64,000 bases of DNA from assembly GCA_964541825.1 (NCBI GenBank), contig CAZIRR010000003.1, positions 983 through 64,982 on the forward strand, in the 5' to 3' direction. Each line of letters opens with the position of its first letter. Positions within the stretch are counted from its first letter, which is position 1. This document shows positions 21,860 to 30,753 of the stretch, one piece after another. A model generated the notes under the pieces. The model saw only the letters and a program-made list of their open reading frames with translations. It searched no databases and was not told the DNA's origin. Both the position numbers and the translations under genes were made by a program. This DNA comes from an uncultured Christensenella sp. Its GTDB lineage: Bacteria; Bacillota; Clostridia; Christensenellales; UBA1242.

Positions 21860-23176
21860 TTATTCTCCATCTATATCGTATACTATTTTTTCTATTTCGT
21901 GAGCTTTTGCTATAGCTAGTGTTTGGTCTTTGCATTCCACCATAATTCTTATTTTTGGCTCTGTCCCAGACACTCTTACCATAATCCTACTATCTTTTCC
22001 TAGTTCTTTTTCTATTCTGTTCACATTGTCTGTAAGGGTAGAGTTATTTATGATTTTCACTTTATCCGAAACGGGGCAATCAATATTGCATTGTGGATAC
22101 AAATTTGCATAAGCAAGCTCGCTTATTTTTTTCTTGGTCTTTACCATCATTTCGGCAATCTTAATTCCTGCAAGAATTCCGTCTCCTGTGCTTGCGTATT
22201 TTCTAAGAATTATGTGTCCAGACTTCTCTCCTCCTAGGGATAGCCCTTCTTCTTCCATTTTGGCTATAACATACTTATCGCCTATGTCTGTTCGCAGTAA
22301 TTTGATGCCTTCCTTTAATAAATCTTTTTCAAGTCCCATATTGGTGTGTCTAGTTCCCACGACGGTGTTTTTGATAAGTTCATTTTGAGATTTGAGATAT
22401 TTGGCAAGCATAAATATTATGACATCGCCATCAATTATATTTCCATTCTCGTCACAAGCAATTATCCTATCTGCATCTCCATCAAAAGCAAATCCTACAT
22501 CGGCTTTGTACTTTTTAACGGCTTTTGCCATAACTTCGGGATACATTGACCCGCATTTATCATTGATATGTAATCCTTCATTGTGACAATTTGTGGCTAT
22601 AACTTTTGCACCAAGACTTCTAAAAACATTTGGTGCGATTTTGAAAGATGCTCCATTGCTTCCGTCTAATAATATTGTCAATGACGATAATGATTGATTG
22701 CAACATTTGATTAAATAATTTTCATATAGTTTAACCAACGAAAAATCTTGATTATATTTCCCGATATGAGGATATTCATTGTGACATTCGTGTACAAATT
22801 TTCTCTCAAGAGAATCTTCTTTTTTGTCGCTCAATTTTATTCCGTTGCTATCAAAAATTTTTATGCCGTTATATTCTTGAGGGTTGTGTGAAGCACTAAT
22901 AACCGTTCCAAAATCGACATTGGTTTGTTGTGTGATATATGCAATTCCTGGAGTGGTACATACACCTAAGTCTATAATATCAGCGCCTGCTGTCATAGCT
23001 CCAGTTGAGAAGGCTGATGTCAAAAATTCTCTAGTAATTCGGGTGTCTCCTCCTATCAGAATTTTGGTCTTGTCTTTGCTTGTGGCAAGGGCATTGCCAC
23101 ATTTAAATGCCAAATCGCAAGTAAGATAGTTATTAACAATTCCTCTTATTCCGTCTGTTCCAAAAAATATTCCCAT
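21860..23176 (-). CDS. glmM: phosphoglucosamine mutase
   Basis: FGTDGIRG, active-site SASHNP, and FDGDADR. It ends 3 nt upstream of glmS, so the two form an operon. Confidence 0.95.
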   Translation of the reverse strand: MGIFFGTDGIRGIVNNYLTCDLAFKCGNALATSKDKTKILIGGDTRITREFLTSAFSTGAMTAGADIIDLGVCTTPGIAYITQQTNVDFGTVISASHNPQEYNGIKIFDSNGIKLSDKKEDSLERKFVHECHNEYPHIGKYNQDFSLVKLYENYLIKCCNQSLSSLTILLDGSNGASFKIAPNVFRSLGAKVIATNCHNEGLHINDKCGSMYPEVMAKAVKKYKADVGFAFDGDADRIIACDENGNIIDGDVIIFMLAKYLKSQNELIKNTVVGTRHTNMGLEKDLLKEGIKLLRTDIGDKYVIAKMEEEGLSLGGEKSGHIILRKYASTGDGILAGIKIAEMMVKTKKKISELAYANLYPQCNIDCPVSDKVKIINNSTLTDNVNRIEKELGKDSRIMVRVSGTEPKIRIMVECKDQTLAIAKAHEIEKIVYDIDGE

Positions 23177-23481
23177 TATTTATTCTCCTTTTTGTGCTTA
23201 ATTGTTTGCATTGCTTGATAGTTTTCTTTATTCTTGCCTAATTGCCAAGCAAAATGATTGGGGCCTACAAAAGACTGTGTCACCGAAAAAATAAACCTAA
23301 GTATGACAACTAAAAAATTACAAATCAGATACCTGTTTTTGGTATTATACGTAGCAATATTCCTCTTTTGTGACAGACAAAAAGAATGGACAGATACAAT
23401 ATGGACAAATTTGCAAAATTATCGTCTTGTTAGTTATTAAACAATAAATTAAAAAAATTGTCAAAAAAAATTATCAAATTA

Positions 23482-23511
23482 TTGCAATAAGTGAATATAA
23501 TATGCTATAAT
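23482..23511 (+). promoter_or_regulatory. sigma70-type promoter candidate for the TetR-LRR operon
   Basis: TTGCAA (23482-23487), 18-nt spacer, TATAAT (23506-23511). Confidence 0.55.
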
Positions 23512-23553
23512 CTTACTGACCGATAAGTTAAAAATACATTTTTGGAGAAAGTA

Positions 23554-24141
23554 ATGGGCAGAACAGATATTCATCACGATAAAAAGAAAATTGAGATTAT
23601 GGAAAAGTGTTTTGAGTGTTATGCTGAGTATGGGTTTGGAAATGTGGGCATCAAAGGGCTTGGTAAATATTGTGGATTTTCTTCGGCAAATTTGTATAGC
23701 TATTTTAATGACCTTGACGACCTTATCATTCAGGCAACCGAACACTCAATGAGCAAAGTGGAAGATGAATTTATGGCAAAAGCGCCTACAAATGTAGGGG
23801 AACTTGAGGGGTTTATTGATGAAATTCCATATTGGACAGCAAAAAATCACGGCAAAAAATATAGGCTTATGTATCAAATTTACACAAACCCCAAGTATAT
23901 AGAAAGTGGCAAAAAGTTTTTTGAAGGCGTAAACAAAAGATATACAGAGTATGCAAAAATTCTCGAGCCAAAACTCGGGATTGACTACAAAATCATAGTT
24001 TCGTTTATATTTATTTTGGTTAGGGCGAGTGTTCACTATGCGATGTTCGAAGATGAGTTTTACTTAAAAGCTCAAATAGAAACTCTAAAACAATCTTTAA
24101 AAATGTTTATACAATACAATAAAGGAAAGGAGAATTTATGA
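23554..24141 (+). CDS. TetR/AcrR-family transcriptional regulator
   Basis: N-terminal HTH (IMEKCFECYAEYGFGNVGIKGLGKYCGFSSANLYSYF) followed by a helical C-terminal domain. ATG at 23554 follows GGAGAAAG. Its stop overlaps the next start (ATGA at 24138). Confidence 0.85.
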   Translation: MGRTDIHHDKKKIEIMEKCFECYAEYGFGNVGIKGLGKYCGFSSANLYSYFNDLDDLIIQATEHSMSKVEDEFMAKAPTNVGELEGFIDEIPYWTAKNHGKKYRLMYQIYTNPKYIESGKKFFEGVNKRYTEYAKILEPKLGIDYKIIVSFIFILVRASVHYAMFEDEFYLKAQIETLKQSLKMFIQYNKGKENL

Positions 24142-25640
24142 AAAAGTTTATTAAAACATTTATTTTAGCAATATGTTTGATTTTGCCAAGTTTGTTTTGC
24201 TTGACCGCTTGTGATAACAAAAGTTGTGTGCATACTTTTGGTGAGTGGACAATAGATACTAATGTAACTTGCATAGTTGATGGTGAGGAGTATCGAGAAT
24301 GCACAGAATGTGGATATAAAGAAACTCAAAGTATTCCGGCAACTGGACACACTTTCGGTGGATACATTATAGACGAAATCCCAACAACTCAAAATGGTGG
24401 TGAGTATTATCGAGAATGTGAAACTTGTCACGAAATAGACAAAGTTACTGTATCCGCATTAAAATCAACTGGACTAGAATTTGAACTTAATGAAGATAAA
24501 CAAAGTTATGCCGTAACTGGAATTGGAAGTTGCACAGATAAATATATCAATATTCCAAATACACATAATGGTTTGCCGGTTACTGCTGTTGCAGGACATG
24601 CTTTTTACACTAATGATTATATTACAGGTGTAACATTATCTGAGAATACAAAAAGAATTGAGGCTGGTTCTTTTGCTTCTAGTCATATAACAAGTATAAC
24701 GATCCCTTCATCTGTGGAATATATTAATTATAACTCTTTTCAGAATTGTGCAGCACTTGAAAGTGTAATGTTTGAGAGCGGTTGCAAATTAACAACAATT
24801 TCCTCTGGCTCTTTTGCTAGGTGTACATCACTCAAACAAATAACTATTCCAAAAACCATTGTGACAATAGATGGCAATGCATTTACGGGTTGTACTTCAC
24901 TTGAAAGTATAATATTTGAAAATGATAGCGCATTAACAACAATTAATGGATATGCTTTTGATAGTTGCACATCTCTTAAACAAATAACAATTCCAAAGAG
25001 TGTGACTACTATTGGCTGGGATATCCTAAAAGACTGTAAAGCACTAACAACGGTAACTTTTGAGGAAGGAAGCGAGATTACAACAATTGGAGCTGGAATG
25101 TTTTATGGTTGTTCCGCTCTTACAACCGTTGAGTTCCCAAGCAGTGTTACAACTTTGGAGTTTGGTATTTTCTATAATTGTTCTGCTTTGACAAGCGTAA
25201 TTTTCCCAAGTGGTGTTACCAAAATGGAAAATATAATGTTTGCGGGTTGCACATCACTTACAAGTATTGTTATCCCAGATGGTGTTACTAGCATTGGTTC
25301 GAGTGCATTTGATGGTTGTACCGCACTTACAAGTATAGTTTTGCCAAGCAAAGTCGAAAGTATAGGCGCGAATGCATTTGATGATTGTACCGCACTTACA
25401 AGTATAGTTTTGCCAAGCAAGGTCGAAAGTATAGGCTCGTATGCATTTAATAATTGTACCGCTCTTTCAAAAATATACTATATGGGGACCGCCGAAGATT
25501 GGTCAGAAATAAGTATAAATACCTACGATAATGGCAACGCTTGTTTGACAGTAGAAAACATTTATTATTATAGCGAAACTCAGCCTGACCAATCGGGCAA
25601 CTATTGGCATTATGTAAATGATGTTCCAACTGCTTGGTAA
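24138..25640 (+). CDS. BspA-type leucine-rich-repeat lipoprotein (500 aa)
   Basis: Lipobox LFCLTAC. Two Cys/His mini-repeats (HTFGEW..C..GEEYRECTECG). About 23-aa LRR units (FxxCTSLxSIxIPxxVTxIGxxA). C-terminal YYYSETQPDQSGNYW motif. Confidence 0.85.
   Translation: MKKFIKTFILAICLILPSLFCLTACDNKSCVHTFGEWTIDTNVTCIVDGEEYRECTECGYKETQSIPATGHTFGGYIIDEIPTTQNGGEYYRECETCHEIDKVTVSALKSTGLEFELNEDKQSYAVTGIGSCTDKYINIPNTHNGLPVTAVAGHAFYTNDYITGVTLSENTKRIEAGSFASSHITSITIPSSVEYINYNSFQNCAALESVMFESGCKLTTISSGSFARCTSLKQITIPKTIVTIDGNAFTGCTSLESIIFENDSALTTINGYAFDSCTSLKQITIPKSVTTIGWDILKDCKALTTVTFEEGSEITTIGAGMFYGCSALTTVEFPSSVTTLEFGIFYNCSALTSVIFPSGVTKMENIMFAGCTSLTSIVIPDGVTSIGSSAFDGCTALTSIVLPSKVESIGANAFDDCTALTSIVLPSKVESIGSYAFNNCTALSKIYYMGTAEDWSEISINTYDNGNACLTVENIYYYSETQPDQSGNYWHYVNDVPTAW
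25305..25442 (+). repeat. near-identical 69-bp tandem duplication (two LRR units) inside the LRR gene
   Basis: Unit 25305-25373 and unit 25374-25442 differ at only a few bases. They encode FDGCTALTSIVLPSKVESIGANA and FDDCTALTSIVLPSKVESIGSYA. Confidence 0.9.
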
Positions 25641-25756
25641 TAATTTTGATAAATAGAAAAAACAGTATAGAAGATAAAGTGAATTTTGAAAATATTTATA
25701 GAATACAATGGAAAAAAGAGAGAATTAATAAATTTTTCATAAAGGAAGGAGTAATT

Positions 25757-28700
25757 ATGAAAAAGATTTTGAAAACATTTATTTTAGCAATTTGTTTGAT
25801 TTTGCCAAGTTTGTTTTGCTTGACAGCCTGTAATGTGGAAAGTGAAATGGCAAAAGTTTCTAGTTTTTCGGTAGAATTAGACAATGAAAAATACATATTG
25901 GTCGGTGATACTATCACACTTACTTATGGGCAAGATTATAGGCTGTCGACAAGCGATTTTTCGGTTACCGCCACATTTGAAGATGAAACAAGCAAGACTT
26001 TGACTTCAAACGAGTTAAATGACTATGGCTTCACTTTTTCTTCAACTATTCCAAATAACGAAGTGACACCTGTTGGAGAATATACACTTACACTTGGCAA
26101 TGAAAATGTATCCGAAACAGATTATTACACAATTAAAGTCAATGTTTTGAAAAAGGTTGTTGATATAAACGCAATTGGTTTAATTTGGGCTGATGAGGCA
26201 ACACCTTTTGTATATGATGGAGAATATCATACAAATGAAATTACAAATCTTCCAGAATATTTGGAAATAGAAGGCCATAATGACAATAGAGAGATATATC
26301 CAAATGGTGCGATATATCCGAATACAAATATAATTATCGGAAGCACATATTATGCACAAGTTTCGCTAAAGGTAAAAGATGAATATGCAGATAGTTATGT
26401 TCTAGGAGATAAAAAATCCATACAACACGAGTGGACGATTGCAAAAGCAACAATGGAAATGCCATCTTTTGAACTAAAAGAATTAACATATAATGGAACT
26501 GAACAAAAAATTTCATTTACTTCAGCTTCGGCAAAAGCATTAAGCGATAGCAAGATAAGTTGGAGTTTTTCGGGGCAGACCCAACAAACAAATGCGGGGA
26601 CTTATGAAGTTTCCATCTCGTTTAGTTATAATGGCGAAAATAAGACGTTCTATGATTTGGGTGAAGATTATTTAATTGGGACATTGGTCAGCACTTGGAC
26701 AATAAGTCCAGCAATAATTGATTTTTCTAATGTATATCTTACAAGCAAAACTTCATCATCTAATCCTATAAAATATGATTTTGCCAATGCATTAACTTAT
26801 TCAAAAGAAGAGTATACTGTTGGATTTGAAGGCATTGAATGTGATTTGTCGCTAGGCGATGACTTCTTTTCGTACGAGTTTGATGGAGATAATTCAAATC
26901 AAACGACTGTCGGAGGTTATAGTTTAAATATTGAATATTCCATTAAAAATGAAAGTGATAGACAAAATTTTGTAATTATCTATAACAAACCAACAAATAG
27001 TGAGATTTCTTGTATCTGTTTAAATTCTTATACGGCAAAACTTGTTACAAATTGGGAGATAAAACCATTTGTAATTGATACAAGCAATATTAAATTAAAG
27101 TATAAGTTTGCTGGTAGTTATAGTGATTATGATGATACAGTCTTTGAATATGATGGCGAAGAGAAATCTGTCGTGTTTGACTTGAGTTCTCTTGTCGAGT
27201 ATGTTGATGAGACTATCTATCCAGTTGAATATGATGGGGGATTGTTGCCATCAACAGGTAATAGAGGAGATATCATTCTAGGGTATCATCGTATTGATGA
27301 AGCGGTATTTACAGCAACAGATGCCGGGACATATTTTGCGACAATTGAATTTGAACTATCTCAATTTTGTTTGGAATCTTCGAACTATACTATTTCAAAT
27401 ACAACAATTACAAAAGAATGGAAAATTAATGCGAAAAAATTGAACAATTTGGAACTATACTTAACCAATTTTGAATATGACAATTCAACAAGAAATTATG
27501 TTTGTACAAAAACTCTTTCTTCTGCTGATGGTGTAATTAATGATGACAATGTTACACTTACTATAAAGGCTTGCAGACCTGACACTCCAGCAAATGGGGC
27601 TTACGAACTATGGTATAACAAGGATATGCAGGGCGAAGTAGAAATTATTGCTTGCGACAATACAAATTATACTTTTGAAAATGGCTCTAATGGTTGTGGC
27701 ACTGCTTATGTCTTTGATAAATTTGATGTCAACAATGGCATAACTGTAGGGCGTCCAAGTAGCGAATATTACATCGTAGAGTTAGAGCTTAATGCAAATA
27801 GTTCTATGAAATATCGTTTCGAAACCTCAGCCGATAATATTTCGTTTACGCTGAAAGATGAAAATTTGGTGGAAATTAGTTATAACGATGGATTTACATT
27901 AACAAATGATACCAATGATACAAAGAAGTTTGTGATATATATGATAGTTCCTAATAGCGGGCAAGGAACAATAAAATTGTATAATCATAGAGCTGTTCTT
28001 ATGGACGGCGATAATGTATATCAAACACTAAATGTTGTAGATGGTTATGACCTAAGCGAAATTATGTCATCAAAAACACATTATACTTTTGGTGGTTGGT
28101 ACACTGAAGCGAATGAAGAAGTAACAACAATAACGAGTGATGTTACTCTTTATGGAAAATGGACACCAATCGACTATACAATAACTTATACAAACACCGA
28201 AAGTATGGAAAATACTAATCCAACCACATATAATATAGAAACCGAAACAATAACGCTTATATCGCTAGCGGACAAAGTGGATTATGCATTCGATGGTTGG
28301 TATTATAATAACGAAAAAATTACAACAATTCCAAAAGGCTTTACTGGTGGAGATATAACATTAGAGGCAAGATGGAAACAAAAAGAAGAGTATATACCAC
28401 TTGATTATACCATTGATGAAAATGGCGGAGTTAAAATAAATGGAGTAAAAGACAAATCAACTCTAACAAGTGTTACAATTCCAAAGGCTGTTGTGGAAAT
28501 ATCTCGAAATGCATTTCGATTTTGTACAGCGCTTGAAAGTGTAACTTTTGAGAGCGGTTGTAAATTAACAACAATTTCTGATAGTGCATTTTATAAATGT
28601 ACAGCACTTAAACAAATAACTATTCCAAACACAGTTGTGGAATTATCTGGGTATGTATTTTATCTTTGTGAAGCGCTTGAAAGTGTAACTTTTGAAGATG

Positions 28701-29605
28701 ACTGCAAATTAACAGCAATTTCTAGTTGTGCGTTTGGCTGGTGTAAAGCACTTAAGCAAATAACTATTCCAAAAACCATTGTGACAATAGATGGCAATGC
28801 GTTTGAGGAATGTATAGCTTTGACAAGTGTAACATTTGAAAATTATAGTGCGCTAACAACAATTAATGGTCTTGCTTTTGGCGGTTGTACATCGCTCAAA
28901 CAAATAATAATTCCAAAGAATGTTGTGACAATGGGAGGAGATATATTCAGAAATTGCACAGCACTAACTTCTGTAACATTTGAAGAAGGAAACGAGATTA
29001 CAGAAATTGGAAGTTGTACGTTTGAAAATTGTACTTCTCTTACAACAGTTGTTTTTCCAAGCAGTGTAAAGACGTTGGGTCATGGCGTTTTCTTTGGTTG
29101 TTCTGCTTTGACAACTATAGTATTTCCTAGTGATTCAGTGGAAATTGCAGATATTATGTGTGAAGGTTGCACATCGCTTACAAGTATTGTTATTCCAGAT
29201 GGTGTTACTAGCATTGGTTGGCGTGCATTTTATGGTTGTACCGCACTTACAAGCATTGTTGTACCAAGCAAAGTTACAAGTATAGGCACTGAGGCATTTG
29301 GTGGTTGTACCGCACTTACAAGTATAGTTATGCCAAGCAAAGTTGAAAGTATAGGCACGAGTGCATTTGATGGTTGTACCGCTCTTTCAAAAGTATACTA
29401 TATGGGTACTGCCGATGATTGGGCAAAAATAAGTATAAATTCCAACAATAATGGCAACGCTTGTTTAACGGCAAATATAATTTACTACTATAGCGAAACT
29501 CAGCCTGACCAATCGGGCAACTATTGGTACTACGGCGAAGATGGCAATCCTGTCGTTTGGCAATATGAAGAAGGCTTAGTTAATCAAGAAATATTTGATG
29601 ATTAA
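25757..29605 (+). CDS. large BspA-type LRR lipoprotein (1282 aa) with Ig-like and Listeria-Bacteroides (Flg_new-like) repeats
   Basis: ATG at 25757 follows AAGGAAGGAG. Its signal peptide MKKILKTFILAICLILPSLFCLTAC is almost identical to that of the upstream paralog. The central HYTFGGWYTE...VTLYGKWTP and YAFDGWYYNNEKI...LEARW segments resemble Flg_new repeats. A C-terminal LRR array and YYYSETQPDQSGNYW follow. Confidence 0.85.
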   Translation: MKKILKTFILAICLILPSLFCLTACNVESEMAKVSSFSVELDNEKYILVGDTITLTYGQDYRLSTSDFSVTATFEDETSKTLTSNELNDYGFTFSSTIPNNEVTPVGEYTLTLGNENVSETDYYTIKVNVLKKVVDINAIGLIWADEATPFVYDGEYHTNEITNLPEYLEIEGHNDNREIYPNGAIYPNTNIIIGSTYYAQVSLKVKDEYADSYVLGDKKSIQHEWTIAKATMEMPSFELKELTYNGTEQKISFTSASAKALSDSKISWSFSGQTQQTNAGTYEVSISFSYNGENKTFYDLGEDYLIGTLVSTWTISPAIIDFSNVYLTSKTSSSNPIKYDFANALTYSKEEYTVGFEGIECDLSLGDDFFSYEFDGDNSNQTTVGGYSLNIEYSIKNESDRQNFVIIYNKPTNSEISCICLNSYTAKLVTNWEIKPFVIDTSNIKLKYKFAGSYSDYDDTVFEYDGEEKSVVFDLSSLVEYVDETIYPVEYDGGLLPSTGNRGDIILGYHRIDEAVFTATDAGTYFATIEFELSQFCLESSNYTISNTTITKEWKINAKKLNNLELYLTNFEYDNSTRNYVCTKTLSSADGVINDDNVTLTIKACRPDTPANGAYELWYNKDMQGEVEIIACDNTNYTFENGSNGCGTAYVFDKFDVNNGITVGRPSSEYYIVELELNANSSMKYRFETSADNISFTLKDENLVEISYNDGFTLTNDTNDTKKFVIYMIVPNSGQGTIKLYNHRAVLMDGDNVYQTLNVVDGYDLSEIMSSKTHYTFGGWYTEANEEVTTITSDVTLYGKWTPIDYTITYTNTESMENTNPTTYNIETETITLISLADKVDYAFDGWYYNNEKITTIPKGFTGGDITLEARWKQKEEYIPLDYTIDENGGVKINGVKDKSTLTSVTIPKAVVEISRNAFRFCTALESVTFESGCKLTTISDSAFYKCTALKQITIPNTVVELSGYVFYLCEALESVTFEDDCKLTAISSCAFGWCKALKQITIPKTIVTIDGNAFEECIALTSVTFENYSALTTINGLAFGGCTSLKQIIIPKNVVTMGGDIFRNCTALTSVTFEEGNEITEIGSCTFENCTSLTTVVFPSSVKTLGHGVFFGCSALTTIVFPSDSVEIADIMCEGCTSLTSIVIPDGVTSIGWRAFYGCTALTSIVVPSKVTSIGTEAFGGCTALTSIVMPSKVESIGTSAFDGCTALSKVYYMGTADDWAKISINSNNNGNACLTANIIYYYSETQPDQSGNYWYYGEDGNPVVWQYEEGLVNQEIFDD

Positions 29606-29621
29606 ATAAAAAACCAAATAA

Positions 29622-29667
29622 AAAATCCCAAATATAAGGAATTTCCTGTGCATTTGGGATTTTTTTC
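29622..29667 (+). terminator. rho-independent terminator after the LRR genes
   Basis: Stem ATCCCAAAT / ATTTGGGAT followed by a T-run. Confidence 0.75.
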
Positions 29668-29796
29668 TATTTAAATACTGTATTTCTTATCTATGCAATT
29701 TTAATACTGTATTTTTAATTTGTGTTGCGTGATATTATATTTTTTATCTACACAATGTGATTTGATGGACTTGAAGTTGTAAATACTTTCCCAAAA

Positions 29797-30537
29797 TTAG
29801 TTCTCCATCTCGAAGCCTTCTGGCAATGTAATGCCAAGTTCTTCGTTTGGATATGGAGAAATAGACCTAATGTCAATATCGAACTCATCGCAAGCTGTAG
29901 TTAGGCTAGAATATAGGTCAATTACAGAATCAATCATTCCGTGAGTCAAAGCATAGTATTTTTCGTCTTGATTGCCTCTGCTGTGATGATAGTGCTTGAA
30001 TGCAGAAAATTTGTAATCAAACAAAGTGTCTAATGCATTACATTGTTCGAATTGAGCAAGTATATTGTCTTTGTCTATTTGTTTGCTTGCAATATTGTAT
30101 CTATCTTTTAGCAAATTTGGCAATACATAAGTTTTCAAAAAATTGTACATAGTGTATTTGTCTTTCAAAACTTTATCAACTTCTACATTTTCGTAGTCTA
30201 GATGATAATTGATGTATTCCGATACAATCTTTCTAGATACGTCCGAATATTCATCTTTATATTGCTCATTGTTGCCAAGTGCCAAATCAATAAATTCGTT
30301 GTCTTTGTTTGCTAGTGTTATTTTTCCACAATAAATTGCGTCATCTCCTACAAATTTTGGCATTCCTGCATACACAAAATTAAATGCTTCTTTGTAATTA
30401 TCGATTCCGCTAGCTCTCATTCTTTTCTTGAATTCTTTGTTATATTCTTTTTCGCTTATAGGCATATATCCATCAGCAATTGCTATTGCCATAAGTATAG
30501 CATTTTCGTTTTGAATATTGATATCAGATTTTTTCAT
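29797..30537 (-). CDS. hypothetical acidic cytoplasmic protein (orphan)
   Basis: ORF with ATG at 30537 preceded by GGGGTGGG; the track start at 30552 is a TTG. No signal peptide or TM segment, acidic C-terminus, no motif recognised. It is divergent from the XRE gene. Confidence 0.6.
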   Translation of the reverse strand: MKKSDINIQNENAILMAIAIADGYMPISEKEYNKEFKKRMRASGIDNYKEAFNFVYAGMPKFVGDDAIYCGKITLANKDNEFIDLALGNNEQYKDEYSDVSRKIVSEYINYHLDYENVEVDKVLKDKYTMYNFLKTYVLPNLLKDRYNIASKQIDKDNILAQFEQCNALDTLFDYKFSAFKHYHHSRGNQDEKYYALTHGMIDSVIDLYSSLTTACDEFDIDIRSISPYPNEELGITLPEGFEMEN

Positions 30538-30753
30538 ATTGTCCCACCCCAAATCTTATTTTGGATATTTTAGCATATCCAAAAGCAAATTACAATACTT
30601 ATATTGAAAAATAACATAATTATATTATTGAAATCAAAATAATAATTGTCATTGTCCATTTTTCTGATAATCAATTTTACAAAAATGTAATATATTATTG
30701 ACAAATATTCGAAAATTGTTATAAAATGTAAACAAAAAGGTAGGGTTTTGAAT

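Noticed and set aside
23177-23440. Annotating the glmM-glmS leader as a glmS ribozyme
   Set aside because: Only a loose partial resemblance was seen (AGTTG...AGGTTTAT...TTTTCGGTGA). The invariant GACGAGG core and the GCGCC P1/cleavage-site helix are missing. It is kept only as an unexplained long leader.
29661-29770. Shared AT-rich words (for example tatattttttatcta, aatactgt) between 29.7 kb and 44.28-44.35 kb as possible att sites or a repeat family
   Set aside because: The matches are about 15 nt of almost pure A/T in permuted order. Chance matches of this length are expected many times in a 64-kb AT-rich window.
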